Shown piece by piece: positions 1 through 12,543 of a DNA stretch of 64,000 bases. The DNA comes from Octopus vulgaris (Eukaryota), in the NCBI GenBank assembly GCA_951406725.2, contig OX597830.1:72540001-72604000 (forward strand), written 5' to 3'. A program made the translations under genes and the position numbers. Under the pieces are notes generated by a model that did not search any database, was not told the DNA's origin, and worked only from the letters and a program-made list of their open reading frames with translations. Numbering within the stretch: the first letter of the stretch is position 1; each line of letters begins with the position of its first letter.

Positions 1-119
1 TTCTATATACCTGAGTCGTTTGCGATGTGAATGCGTTTGTGGAACTCTTACAATTTGTGTGTGTTTTTGTATGTTATTGTCATTGGAGATAAGAGGCAAG
101 TAATTCCATTCCCTTGCAT

Positions 120-470
120 GAGAAATATATATATATATATATATATATTAGTATGTATATATATCATATTATATATGATATATATATATATATATATATT
201 ATTTATTGTTACATATTGTATATATGATTATACGTATACATAAATCCACATATATATATATTTATATGTGTATGTACGTTCTTGTCTACGTTCGTATATA
301 CGTATGTATGCTTAAAATTTGTTATTATGTATTTGTATTTATGTAAGCATATATATATATGTACGTATATGTGTGTGTATGTATGCCTATATATATATAT
401 ATGTATATATCTACGTATGTGTTTGTATGTATGCCTATATATATATATATACGCACACGTATGCATGTAT
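120..470. repeat. (TA)n/(TATG)n degenerate microsatellite cluster
   Basis: Alternating purine-pyrimidine runs; source of the Y/I-rich spurious ORFs. Similar clusters at about 1157-1620, 2230-2310, 12205-12610, 13880-14160, 23000-23220, 25200-25710, 32090-32385, 32920-33050, 33240-33355, 35570-35705, 36993-37190, 40830-41200 and 43395-43535. Confidence 0.95.
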
Positions 471-1215
471 GTAAGTTGAAGTCATTATTCCCGATTAGTA
501 ATGAATCTAGTTTTCATTTATAGGTAGTATTTGACTAGCTTCCTGTATTTTATCTCATCAGTTTTATGTGCAACCTTTCTGATCATTATTACGTCATGTG
601 GATATGATGATTCCACCATCTTGAAATATCTATAATAATAAAATATCTCGCTACACACATACGTACATATATACACGTATACGTGCAAACGCAAGTACAA
701 ACACATAATCACAACCTCAAGCACTCTCTGTAGCCCCACTACCAGCACCAACACCAACAAGAAGAACTAGAAGAAGAAGAAGACGGATGATAACATTACG
801 AGACGGTTTTAACAACCATCTCACCCAACACTCGGAAAAATCACACGAAACTTTGGTCCCGAGTTTTAAGTGGTTTAGTTTAGTTTAGTTCAAGATACGG
901 ACGCTAAAAATGAGTTGTGCAAGACATATTAAATTCAAATTCTTATTCAGAGAAATTATTTCTTAAAGCATGTGCTCTCTTCTTGATGCCTTTTGTAACG
1001 GAAGTTTGGAAGGATGGGAGGTGCGAAGTAATGGGAAAATGATCTTTATATTGGCACACAGAGAGAACGAAAGTGTATTGTAATGTTGTAATTCGACAAC
1101 AATATTTCGCACCGGTGAATGGGCCTAGCTTTCAAAGAAACCATTAATAAGTGCCGTATATATATATATATATATGTGTATGCATATATATATGTAGGTG
1201 TGTATGTGTTTATGC

Positions 1216-1264
<49 letters not shown>

Positions 1265-2228
1265 TGAATATATATGTTCGCATAAACGTGTATATAAAAA
1301 TACGTACATGTATATGTGTGTGTTCTTATGTATCATCTCTACATATGTGTATATGATGTCCGTATTCCTATTAAAATATATACATTCATATATATATATA
1401 CATTATATATATACATATGTACTTCATATATATATACACATACATAGCCTTGTATCCCATTATATATATATGTATGATTATATATATATATATATGCATA
1501 CATATATACATATATATATGCATATATATATATGCATAAATATATACATACACATATATATACTCACATTGATATGTATATGAATATGTATGTACGTATG
1601 TATGTAAGCATATAAGCATTACACATATGTGCGGACGCCCACTCGCACACAAAGGCACATACCTACACGCACACGGAGATGAAGTAAGGAGAGTGAACAT
1701 GATATCATAACACAGAACATAACACTATATACATTAGATTTTAAGGTGAAAATACAAATTGAATAAAAACATTGAATAGTTTTCTCCAACTTCTGTCTTT
1801 ATTGAAGCTATAATTATTTAGTTATTCAAATAAATATTATTTTAAAGAAACATTCTCAGTAGTAATGGATTTTAACGGATGAAAGCTTTTCTTATAAGTT
1901 TTTATATTTCATATCAATATATACGTATGTAGTATTTTAAAATATTGACAAAGATAGAAATTTCAATATATGCGATATAAGGGTATCAGTGTGCTTCTAT
2001 ATGTGTGGGTTGGTTTGTTTGTGTGTGTGAGTGTGTATGTGTGTGTTTACAGATACACATATACGTATATGAATTAAACATGAAATATCCATACATAGCA
2101 ATGTGGTATGTATTTATATGTGTTTGTGCTTAAGTCCAGCTAAATTTAAGATATTTGCTAGTCTCTCCAATTTTTTTCTGCATCTTCGTACACAGATACA
2201 TATTTATATAGATACATATGTACAAACT

Positions 2229-2266
<38 letters not shown>

Positions 2267-2320
2267 TGTATGTATATATGTATGTATGTTTGTATGTATG
2301 TATCTTATACATATGTTACT

Positions 2321-2444
2321 TTTAACATGAATATTATCAAGAGTGACTTCGAAGTTTCAGCAACCTAAGCCATCATCCAAGCAATCCGGATATAGCTTAT
2401 CTGGCCGAAACTTCGAAGACACTGTCGGTGATATTCTTGCTAAA
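2321..2444. repeat. Imperfect foldback (about 58-bp arms) made of two head-to-head degenerate hammerhead-like motifs; probable Penelope-like element relic
   Basis: tttaacatgaatattatcaagagtgacttcgaagtttcagc (2321-2361) aligns to the reverse complement of gccgaaacttcgaagacactgtcggtgatattcttgctaaa (2404-2444). Similarity continues inward to about 2378 and 2387. Confidence 0.65.
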
Positions 2445-2619
2445 GAACAGTAGACATGTGTTCTACCAACTGTATTAAGTAGGAAGCGGTTATCCATTCG
2501 CTAGACTCCATTTTTCTATAGTTTAAAACATACAACGTGAGTAACTTGTTGATATATCTAATTCACAAATGAAAACTTCTTAAAGAATAATCTGGATATA
2601 TTTTTCGTCAGGATTGACA

Positions 2620-2711
2620 ATTTGCCGTGGTTTCATATCCAGATAAAAGTTTAGTACATCTGATTTTGGATGGTGCATTCGGTACCTTGAAAGGACTGTA
2701 CGGATCTTTCC
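2620..2711 (-). mobile_element. Second short R4/Dong fragment joined out of order to the element above
   Basis: Minus strand reads GKIRTVLSRYRMHHPKSDVLNFYL, a diverged second copy of the motif at about 3540-3610. Confidence 0.7.
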
Positions 2712-3969
2712 ATATTATTCTGGTCGATAGAAGTTTATTTTTTGCTGTCACTTCGTACTGGGATGTTCCAAAGGATGGTGACGCCCTCGACATTTACTAC
2801 ATCCTCTTGATGGTGCCTGTACCACTTATCATGGTATTTAATTTTGTAGTATTTACAAGCATTCCAGTGGATGTACCACCTTAATTTGTCATGTCTTATG
2901 TGGTAATCCTTTTCAGCGAGGACTGGGCAGCCAGAAACAACATGATCAATTGTCTCTTTGAATTTTCCGCAAAATCTTCATGAGGGATCAGATCTATCTT
3001 TAAGGACGTTTGCATGGTAGTTTCTAGTAGGTAAGTTCTGAACTTGCACTGCAACAATTTTCCTCTTCTGTTTCCCCTTTCAGAACTGTCCCTTGTAGCC
3101 ATCAGTGTGTTAGATTTTGATCACTATCTGACTTGAACAGGCGGTTAGGGTATCGTCCATGCAGGAGTTTGCCTCTCCAGTTGCCTTCGATATTATTCAT
3201 GCAAGCCTTCTTTGCTTTTTGATTGATGTTTTTTGCATCAGTGATAGGTCTGTCACTATTTGCATCTCGTTGGTTTTTCTGATTGTTAATTTATAAACCT
3301 GGAGAAGCAATAGTAGGTCTGTTAGTATCAGGGTGTCTTTGGTCATTCTTTTTGCTAATTTGTAGGAAAAGAGACTTTTTAAATTCCTTACTAAGCTTCA
3401 TGCCTGAAGCTTGCTTGGAAACTTCATGCTTCAGTGCACTTCGTGAGATCACATCATTTGTTGTATTAAGGTACGTTTCAAGGCCTATTATTGCTGATTT
3501 GAAGGATTGTTCGAGATGTATCAGCCTTCTTCTTGAGAGATAAATCCTGTCTACATTTGATTTTGGATGGTGCATTCGATAGCACGAAAGTATTTTAGGG
3601 ATCTTTCCATCCAGATTCTGCATATCAGTGAGACTCCATTTAATGATACCGAAGTTATATGTGGTGATTGGTTCGGCCAAAGAATTGATCGCGTTAATTC
3701 TGTTAGCAGCATTTAGTTTTCAGTTTAGGACCATTCTTACCCTTCGGTAGCATTCCTTGCAGATTTTCTCTTTCATTTTAGAGTGCTGGATACCATCACA
3801 TTTATTGGTTCCCAGATATCTGTATACTTCAGATTGGTCTAGGTTTCGAATAGCTGTGGTAGTATCAAGTTCTATGTCTTCTGCTTTTAAGAACTTCCCA
3901 ACCTTCAAAGTATCCCTTGCCCCTTGCACATGTATCAAGTCCAAATTCCAGACCTCTATCCGAGCTGAA
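2712..3969 (-). mobile_element. Decayed, 5'-truncated R4/Dong-clade non-LTR retrotransposon (RT C-terminus, CCHC knuckle, start of restriction-like endonuclease)
   Basis: Manual minus-strand translation gives FSSDRGLEFGLDTCA, YRYLG, MHHPKSNVDRIYLSR, WRGKLLHGRY, *RFCGKFKETIDHVVSGCPVLA..YHIRHD..YIHW and VTILWNIPVRSD, in the order expected for R4/Dong ORFs, with stops and frameshifts. Confidence 0.88.
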
Positions 3970-4118
3970 TTCTTCTTCTTCTTCTTCTTCTTCTTCTTCT
4001 TCTTCTTCTTCTTCTTCTTCTTCTTCTTCTTCTTCTTCTTCTTCTTCTTCTTCTTCTTCTTCTTCTTTTCCTCCTCCTTCTTCTGCTCCTTCTTCTGCTC
4101 TTTCTCCTCCTCCTCCTT

Positions 4119-4202
<84 letters not shown>

Positions 4203-4210
4203 TTTATTAT
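3970..4210. repeat. (TTC)n followed by (TTA)n microsatellites
   Basis: Perfect TTC run about 3970-4068, degenerate TCC/TTC linker, TTA run about 4122-4210. Confidence 0.97.
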
Positions 4211-4764
4211 TGAGTGAGAGAGCAGTTCATGCCATCAAAGTGACACTGGGGTAAAATATACGAATCCCAATATACCCATCATGACTGCCCGACTGATAAA
4301 GGTACACCAGGCACATGCATCACAACCATATGTGCGCGACATGGTGATCTCATATCAAGATAAACAGCACATGACCTTGCAGGTGGGGCCCAGTTAGAAT
4401 TTTCTTCAGGTTGAGTAGCCCATCCCGCTCAAAAGTTCCCTGAATAAGGGTTGTTTAAGGATGTTGAAAGAACCACCCATGTTTCCAGAGGTGAATTATT
4501 CAAACCCCAAAGAATCCCTCTCAACACATGGCTATGATGCTCCCCCACTACTTCTGCTCGTGATCAGAGATGCACATTTCGTCAGCCACTAAGGGACATG
4601 CTCAACTGGTTAAGGTCAAACAAGTGACAAGCAAATCTGTGGTATTGAGCAGAATATTTGCTGTAGCCCATCTTTTATACCAAGACAAAACAATGTACAT
4701 GATAACACTTCCAATCAGTTAAGATCAGAATCCATGAGAGCCAGTGCCTGGTACTGCATCAGGG

Positions 4765-4765
<1 letters not shown>
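4211..4765. mobile_element. About 555-bp non-coding interspersed element inside a (TTA)n tract
   Basis: Complex, GC-richer sequence with sharp edges, flanked directly on both sides by (TTA)n (4122-4210 and 4766-4870). No coding similarity seen. Resembles an abundant octopus repeat from memory. Confidence 0.6.
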
Positions 4766-4842
<77 letters not shown>

Positions 4843-5436
4843 CATTATTATTATTAATATTATTATTGTTGTTATTAAGGCAGAATAGTTTAGCTCGCGA
4901 GAAAAATGCTAGCGGCATTATTTAAAAATTTTGTCTCGAAATTCCACAGTGGCAGTCATAAGAAAGTAAATATTATGAGAACATGGAATAATGTTGTTTT
5001 TTTTTTGGCGGGGGGCTGTGAAATTCGAAGACTATAAATAATAGTATGTGAAGATTGTGTTAAAACACATTAGATAGAAAAAATCGATGGGTATTCGTGG
5101 TACATGAACCTACATCTCTCGAAAGCATGACAGGCGTTCTACCTTCGGACTAAAGAAATAATTTGTCTTTCTCTGCCTCCAGTAAAAAAATTATTGTCAT
5201 GAATGAGAACTGTGTGTTGTTGTCGGCCGAAGTATTTCTATTACTTTTTGGAGATATTCAAAGGATTTGGTCATGTAGTCAGGAGATATAGTTTCGAGTC
5301 CTTGGGAAGACTTTGAATTTTCCTATGCAAAAGGGTTTTTTAACCCAATATTTGCACATTATTATCTATAGCTATGTCTGCTTCGAGATTCACAGTTTCA
5401 AAGTTTAATTATTGTTAATATTGTAGGTGTTGTTAG

Positions 5437-5655
5437 GACGGTGAGATGGCAGAATTGTTAGCACTCCAGACAAAATGCTTAGCGGCATTTCGTCTGCCTT
5501 TAGCTTCTGAGTTCAAATTTCGCCGTAATCGACTTTACCTTTCATCCTTTCAGGCTCGATAAAAAAAAAATGTACCAGATCAACACTTGGGTCAATGTAA
5601 TTAATTTAACTCCTTCCCTCTGAACTGCTGGCCCTGCGCCGAGATTTGATACCAA
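5437..5655 (+). mobile_element. SINE family B (GGCGGCGAGCTGGCAGAA head), diverged copy
   Basis: ggacggtgagatggcagaattgttagcac...gagttcaaatt...ctttcatccttt...gtaccag; homologous to 14982 and 20655. Confidence 0.85.
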
Positions 5656-5699
5656 TATCTGATACCACGCTGTTTTTTTGCTGGGACGAGGTTATGGCA

Positions 5700-7250
5700 G
5701 TGATGTTAGGCTCGGCTCGGTAGTAGTACTCTGGACACATAAATCCTGATACATATATACATTTTGTTTTATATTCTGAGGGTCAATCAGCTTCAGAAAA
5801 TAGTTGACGTCGGTTCAGTTGTGCCAGGATTATTTTTCAGGACTCTGATGCATAGAGACAGATTTCTTTGTCCGTTTCTTGAAAGATGTCTAACGCAGAT
5901 TGGTGTAGATTCGAAGTATTTTCAGTTGTGTGTGTCAATGCAGGTGCCACTCCTAGAAAGGACAAGACCGAAGAAACGAATCAACAACTTTGAAACCATA
6001 ATACTGATAAACATAAATCTAAAGGTTTTCTACTTAGTACTGACAAACAGACTGTCACCTGTTGCGGATTGCATTATTGGGTGTACACACACCAGTAGCA
6101 TTCTAGGTCGATCTTCAGCAAGATCTTCCTCACTCGTTACATCGTTGGGGTACATTTTAACAAGGAGTTAATAAAATGAAATCAATCGGAAACATTCGGC
6201 AGGTTTGATCGCAATTACCTGGTGTCTGTACTAAATGCAGCTGGTTTAAGTCTGGATTTGTGGGGTTAGATCACTGGAGTGTAAAGCGAAAGTCGCTCAA
6301 TGGTGTCGGTAAATAACAGCCCATTAGAATCATTTGATATCTACTCTCAGCCATCAAGTATATCTCTTCTCATCGCTCCTCTTGGTCCGAAAACTTTATC
6401 GGATGCTGTGACAGCTAGAGATGTTCTGGGGGAATCCCACTCTTACTGGAGCACAGAGGAACATTCTTCTTGTAGGCGAACGAAATTACTGTCAAGAGTC
6501 AGACACCACGGGGATTGAAATGGCCAGCAAAATAATGAAGGAATATGAAGAAATAACAGGAAGCAGTTCGCATAATCCGAAACAAGTCCCGAAAAAGGAA
6601 GATTATACCGAAAAGTTGCAGTTTTGTTTCTGTCTGGTTCTCTGTCCCAATATAATGTTAAGAAAATGGTGCATCCTTGTGGATAGAAACTGGAGTGAGG
6701 CTACATTGAAAGCGGCCAGTCATATCCAAACTTGTTTTATGAGGTATCAAGCTCTGAAAGTTTGGGAAGAGATGAACTCGGATACTTTGGTTAACAATAG
6801 AACGCTACTATACTGCTTTACTCCAGGTCATATTTGATCAGGTTGCAGCGTCTGCTCTTTCATTATTATGGTTTCGTTGGTGAGAAGATGGATATGCTGA
6901 TAATGCTTTCTGTGCAGACAATAGCGGAGCGGCTGAGAAATGATACACTCTAGTCCCGACATCTGAAAAAAGAAAACTATACGTGAGAGCGTGTATTCGC
7001 ATTCTAGCCCTTTTTCTGACAGCTTTCTACTTTCACAGAGTCGCATGCTTCATAACAGAATATAGTTTTTATGAAAAAGTGAAAGATGGTGGCAGAGAGA
7101 AGCTGCTTCCGTAATCAAATCAAATTTGCTGAAAAGTAAACATTAGAGGCAAAACTTATATTGTATTAGAGGGACAGTGATTCAATTCCATCTGAGAACT
7201 GCAGGTCAACATTGCCTTCAGGCAGGTAGTGTGTTGGTAGAACTGTTACA
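5700..7250 (+). mobile_element. Highly decayed L1/Tx1-type LINE reverse transcriptase region
   Basis: ORF 5764-6171 has NNFETIILININLKVFYLVLTNRL...ILGRS (compare NFRPITLLNxDxKILAKVLAxRL...IPGRS). It is followed by NQSETFGRFDRNYLVSVLNAAGLSLDLWG*I (compare DQSKAFDRVDHxYLxxVLxxxGFGxxFxxWI), VSVNNSPLESFDI and KEYEEITGS. Boundaries approximate. Confidence 0.75.
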
Positions 7251-8447
7251 AGGAGTGGGAAAAGCTTTGCGTTATCTGCTCCTACTTTTTGTATTTTGAC
7301 ATCGACCTCTATTGCAAGATTTGTGCCATGGGCCTCAACTAAAGTGAGAGGTCTTTTCCTTGGAAAAATACCACTATCATGGAGCGGGGATGCTTAAATG
7401 TTTAATCAACTGACATTTTTAGCAAAAGTATCTTGCTCAAGACAACACAGGGTCAAAGTTGACTCTGCGAATCCCGTAACATTATCTTCTCTCGACAACT
7501 CATAAATATAATTATTGGAATGTTTGCATATCTCTTACGATTATAGATATCGGCCTAAAACGTTTCTTTCAATATCGCAGATATAATCAAGCATTTTTTG
7601 TCGAAGGCCGGGGTATTTCAATGGATACAAGTCTTTCAATTTCCACACCACCGATATTTTCCAAGGGGAAAGCTTGACATCAATGTCGTCGCAGTGGGCA
7701 TATGGACGCAAAATGCCGGAATGGATATCACTACGCATCTCATCCGACGATCATTTACTTTTGCCTGAGTACCGCTCAGATTTGATATTTTATTTAGACT
7801 GTTACATATTTTTTATTGATCCCCTACAAGATGTAAATATAAGTTAATTATGTGGGAATTATGAATTTAAAACAAATATCACTGTTTACTCACCTCGACT
7901 TTCTAGAATCTGCACGTCACTTTATCCAAAACATCCGTCCTCTTTTAAGATTGGTGACTCATATTTGAGAGAGATTTACTTTACTTAACACTTCTAACAT
8001 CGACAGCAAATTAGTAGAGTCGTTAGAGCCTTCAATGACATGCCAAGCAATATTTGTTCAAGCCCTTCTAGTTCAAGCACCTACGAAATTAAACACCCTT
8101 TCTATTTTATCTTTTACATGGTCGATAAAGATGTGCCAATTCTGCAAAGAGGATTGACGAAATCGTATGAAAGTCAGATGCCATGCCTTGCCTTTTGCTC
8201 TCTGAGTTAAGATTCTAAGCTGCCCAACATAATGTTTCACCTTGTTTAGCAAGATCATGTACTTTGAAATTTGGGGTGCTTTTAGCAGTGTTTCACAGAT
8301 CTTGCGGGGTGCTCATGTTACTACTTTCCATCTTCCATGAAAAATTTTTTAAAATATGATCATGCAGAAACCCCACCATCGATTTGTACTTTAGTGGTTG
8401 GTAAACAACATGACTTGTTTCTGGAAACTTTAATAAGAGTTAATCGA

Positions 8448-8688
8448 GGGAGAGAGAGGGGGAAGTGATAGCGGGAGAGAGAGAAAGAGACGTAGAAAGA
8501 GGGAAATAATCATAGAAAGAGAGGGAGAGGACGAGATTAAGGGACACATAGAGAGAGAGAGAGAGTACGAACCTGTGTTGAAAATGTGGAGAAGATAGAT
8601 TAAAAGTCGAAGAAAGACACGTGTAAAGAAAGGCGGACAAATTTATCATGGTTAAGGAGCAATGTTATCGAATGATATGAGGAAATGG

Positions 8689-8738
<50 letters not shown>

Positions 8739-8881
8739 TGTGTGTGTGAACGTGGCCGTCGTATAAAAATAAAGTGCATGTTAGATGCGACGGGAAAGGA
8801 AAGGTTTAGAGAACATAATCAACAAGAATATGATGATGGTGGTAGTGGTGGTGGTTAGGTTGATGATATTGATGACGGCGG

Positions 8882-8924
<43 letters not shown>

Positions 8925-9080
8925 ATAACTTGGTCGAGAACGGACATTCGCAAAACTAAAGCAAGTTGAGAACTACCCAGCCCAGCTGAAGGTAATAGAG
9001 TTAGAACACACGGTGGTTATTGTGGTGGTTTTTTGGGGGAGGAGGATGGTAGTAGTGGTGGTAGTGGTGGTAGGGGCGAT
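8448..9080. repeat. (GA)-rich, (TG)n, (GAT)n and (GGT)n simple-repeat cluster
   Basis: GA-rich 8448-8565, TG 8692-8748, GAT 8883-8923, degenerate GGT to about 9075. Confidence 0.9.
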
Positions 9081-9189
9081 GCTGGGGATATGTATGGAAT
9101 TACATGGTCAAAGAAATTGGTAGTAAATTTATCGAATTTCGGATGAAGGCCAAAAAGTAATTACATAAAATGCCATTAGAATTAAAATG

Positions 9190-9401
9190 AAAACAGAAGG
9201 AGAAAAAGGTTGAATGAATAAAAGAATGAGCTAACGAAAGAAAACAAGCAAAGAAGGATGAAAGCCAACCGAAAATTAAGGGAGAATGAAAATTAGAAGA
9301 AAAGAAATGAACAACGAAAGAAAGTAGAACTCGATTAAAGAACACCGAAGTTTAGAAAGAAGAAACGCATACAAAGGAGAAAGAAAACAAGGGAAAAAAT
9401 T

Positions 9402-9433
<32 letters not shown>

Positions 9434-9437
9434 AGGA

Positions 9438-9473
<36 letters not shown>

Positions 9474-9620
9474 AGAAAATAGACAATAAAAACAAAAAGA
9501 AAAACATTTTTCGAGAAACATCACAGAAATAAATAAGTATAACATGAAAGAAATCTAAAAAGAAGGAAAGAAAGTATGAATGCAAGAAGGGGTGAAGGAA
9601 AGACAGGAAAACAGAAATAG
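9190..9620. repeat. Polypurine tract with (GAAA)n core
   Basis: Near-perfect GAAA run at 9402-9472 inside degenerate purine-rich flanks. Confidence 0.9.
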
Positions 9621-9912
9621 CGCAAGACCGAAAACGAAAATGGGAATTCGTGAGAAAACGGGAGAAAAAAAAACAAAAACAAAGTGGGTAAGTAACTGAG
9701 ATAGAATTCGGCTTTTGAAAGAAGAAATTTGAATCTGTGTTTCAGGAGGTCAGAAGTGGCAGAGATACGCTGGAAGAATTACTTTAGAAATAGGTTTTGA
9801 GAATGCATGGCAGTCTCCGTGAACTTTTTGCACCTGTCTACAAAGAAATGGGCGGATGTCAGGAAGTAATTTTATAACTCCTACTGAGAAAACTGACCAA
9901 ATAACAATAACA

Positions 9913-9916
9913 ATGA

Positions 9917-9950
<34 letters not shown>

Positions 9951-9965
9951 GGTGACGATGATGAT

Positions 9966-10006
<41 letters not shown>

Positions 10007-10219
10007 TGATGATGATGATGACGATGATGATGACGATGATGATGATGATGATGAGGAGGAGGAGGAGGAGGAGGAGAAGGAGAAGAAGAAAAAGAAAGAG
10101 AAAGAGAAAGAGAAGAAGAAGAAGAAGAAGAAGAAGAAGAAGAAGAAGAAGAAGAAGAAGAAGAAGAAGAAGAAGAAGAAGAAGAAGAAGAAGAAGAAGA
10201 AGAAGAAGAAGAAGAAGAA
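9913..10219. repeat. Compound trinucleotide microsatellite (GAT)(GGT)(GACGAT)(GAG)(GAA)
   Basis: Seen directly; accounts for the poly-M/R/H/S/F ORFs at 9750-10374. Confidence 0.97.
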
Positions 10220-10382
10220 ATAACAGCATTCCAAACATAAAAATAAATTCGAAGGAAGATTTGACAAGGAGAAATCAGGGATTGAAAACCGTATAAAGTT
10301 GAAGAAGGGAAAATGTGGTGAGACAGGAAGTAGAAATCAAAAATTAAAAACAAAAAAAGGAAAATTGCTTTCAAAAGGGAGA

Positions 10383-10540
10383 GGGCATGGCTGTGTGGTT
10401 AAGAAGCCTCCTTTACAACCAGGTGGTTTCGGATTCAGTCTCACTACACACTACCTTCGTCAACTGTCTTCGGTAAATGTCACAAGTGTCTTGTGAATAA
10501 ATTTGGTTGACGGAAACTGTTGAAGCAAGTCGTATATATA
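10383..10540 (+). mobile_element. SINE family A, diverged 5' half
   Basis: ggcatggctgtgtggttaagaagc...ggattcagtc...atttggttgacggaaactg; homologous to 24204 and 34104. Confidence 0.75.
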
Positions 10541-11204
10541 ACAGAACCTCTCATACAAACGCAGAAAGCACATGTATATCTTAAGCAGACGGGAATCGTC
10601 TGGTATGGATGCCGGAACTGCTAGATCACGTAATATCAGTGTATTACACTTCTTCAGTGACAGGCGCCCGTTCGTGTGCTAACGATATATATGTGCTCTT
10701 AGCACTGCGCGTCAGTATACGAGTTTATCTCAAGAAGAATATTACTCTATTCAGTGTTTTAACAATACATCCATATTGAGTAGGATATAAAATTGCCATT
10801 CGATTTTAATAATGATTCCGTTGTAAATATTTATTTTTCAATAAACCTTCTCGCTATTTGCAACATCAGTGACTGAAAAGCTACGGCCATTTTATATATT
10901 TGGATATTTGGATGATGTATAGTGATTGGGCACCTGTCACTGAAGAAGCGCGAACACATACACACATATATGCGAGGAAGTAATAATCCCACTGGAAATG
11001 AGGAACCCCTGGTCCTTGAACAGGCAAACTCGTAAATAAAACCTGCTGCTCCTACTGAGCTGGGTATCAAGCATTTTCCGTCATTTTCCGTGAGAATCAA
11101 CGTGGTGTTTTACAAGCAGTACCTGACTTAAAACACTTGCACGGGCATTGATGGCATTTAACAATCGTCAGCGATGGTCGTGATTGTCTAACGAGTAGAC
11201 AGCT

Positions 11205-11284
11205 ATCATATATACACACATGCATACATACATACATACATACATACATACATACACACATACATACATACATACATACATACA

Positions 11285-11369
<85 letters not shown>

Positions 11370-11385
11370 CTGTGTGTGTGTGTGT
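11205..11385. repeat. (CATA)n + (TA)n + (TG)n microsatellite
   Basis: Seen directly. Confidence 0.95.
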
Positions 11386-11777
11386 TCTCTGTATTAAGGC
11401 CAAGTGGGGTGATGGAGACAAGCAAACAGTGAGGTTCGCAATTCTATAAAATTTTCTGAAGGTTTCATTAGAATGAATTAATTTGTTTTAAAAGATGAAA
11501 GGATGTTCAAGTATTGAAGAGGTTCACTCATAGTGCTTCACCATCAGGGATAATTTCGGGCTAATTAGCACAAAAAAAAAAACAACAAACAACAACAACA
11601 ATGGCAAAAATAAATGGGTGTCATATCAATTATATATGAAGGATAATTTAATGTCTCTCTACTGCACTCAGCTACAAGTACTGCGGCAGCTAATACTATG
11701 TGGAAAGGCATGGATGTCAAACACTCTCGATTTTCTATGCGATCTAAAACACATGGCAATATGTTTGATAGATTTTT

Positions 11778-11993
11778 AAGGCGGTGAGCTAGTAGAATCC
11801 TTACTGCACTGGACAAAATAATTACCGGCATTTTGTCCGTCTTTACTTTCTCGCTGTAAATTCCGTCGAGGACGACTTTGCTTTTCATTATTTCAGGGTC
11901 GAGAAAGTAAGTACCAGTTGAACATTGGCGTTCATATTGTCGACGTACATCCTCTCTTCAGACTGCGGGCCTTGTGCCCAAACTTTGAAACTA
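11778..11993 (+). mobile_element. SINE family B, diverged copy
   Basis: aaggcggtgagctagtagaatc...aaattccgtcgaggacgactttgcttttcat...aagtaccagttga...ggccttgtgccc. Confidence 0.8.
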
Positions 11994-12383
11994 ATAAATT
12001 AGATATACTTTTCCTGTGAACATATTAAGTTTCCAGTTCGATGCGGTAGAAAAATTTATGGCAAATATTAATTTCTGCATTAATTACCTAGAGTCATATT
12101 AATTTGTTTATTGCATATATCTTTTGATAACGAACACAATTTACAAGTAGGATCATCTATATGGTAAATAAACAATTCGATTTGGACAACTTCACTTCTT
12201 TCCACGTACATATATATGTATGTATGTCTGTATGTATATATGTATGTGTGTGTATATATAAATATACATACGGATGTATATATATGTATATATACATATA
12301 CACAAGCGCACACACACACATATAGCGATACATATATACATACCTACATACGTATATATATATATATATATGCGTCTATATGC

Positions 12384-12428
<45 letters not shown>

Positions 12429-12480
12429 AATATAAATATAGGTATATACATAGTTATACATAGATACAATTCTCCATTAT

Positions 12481-12543
<63 letters not shown>

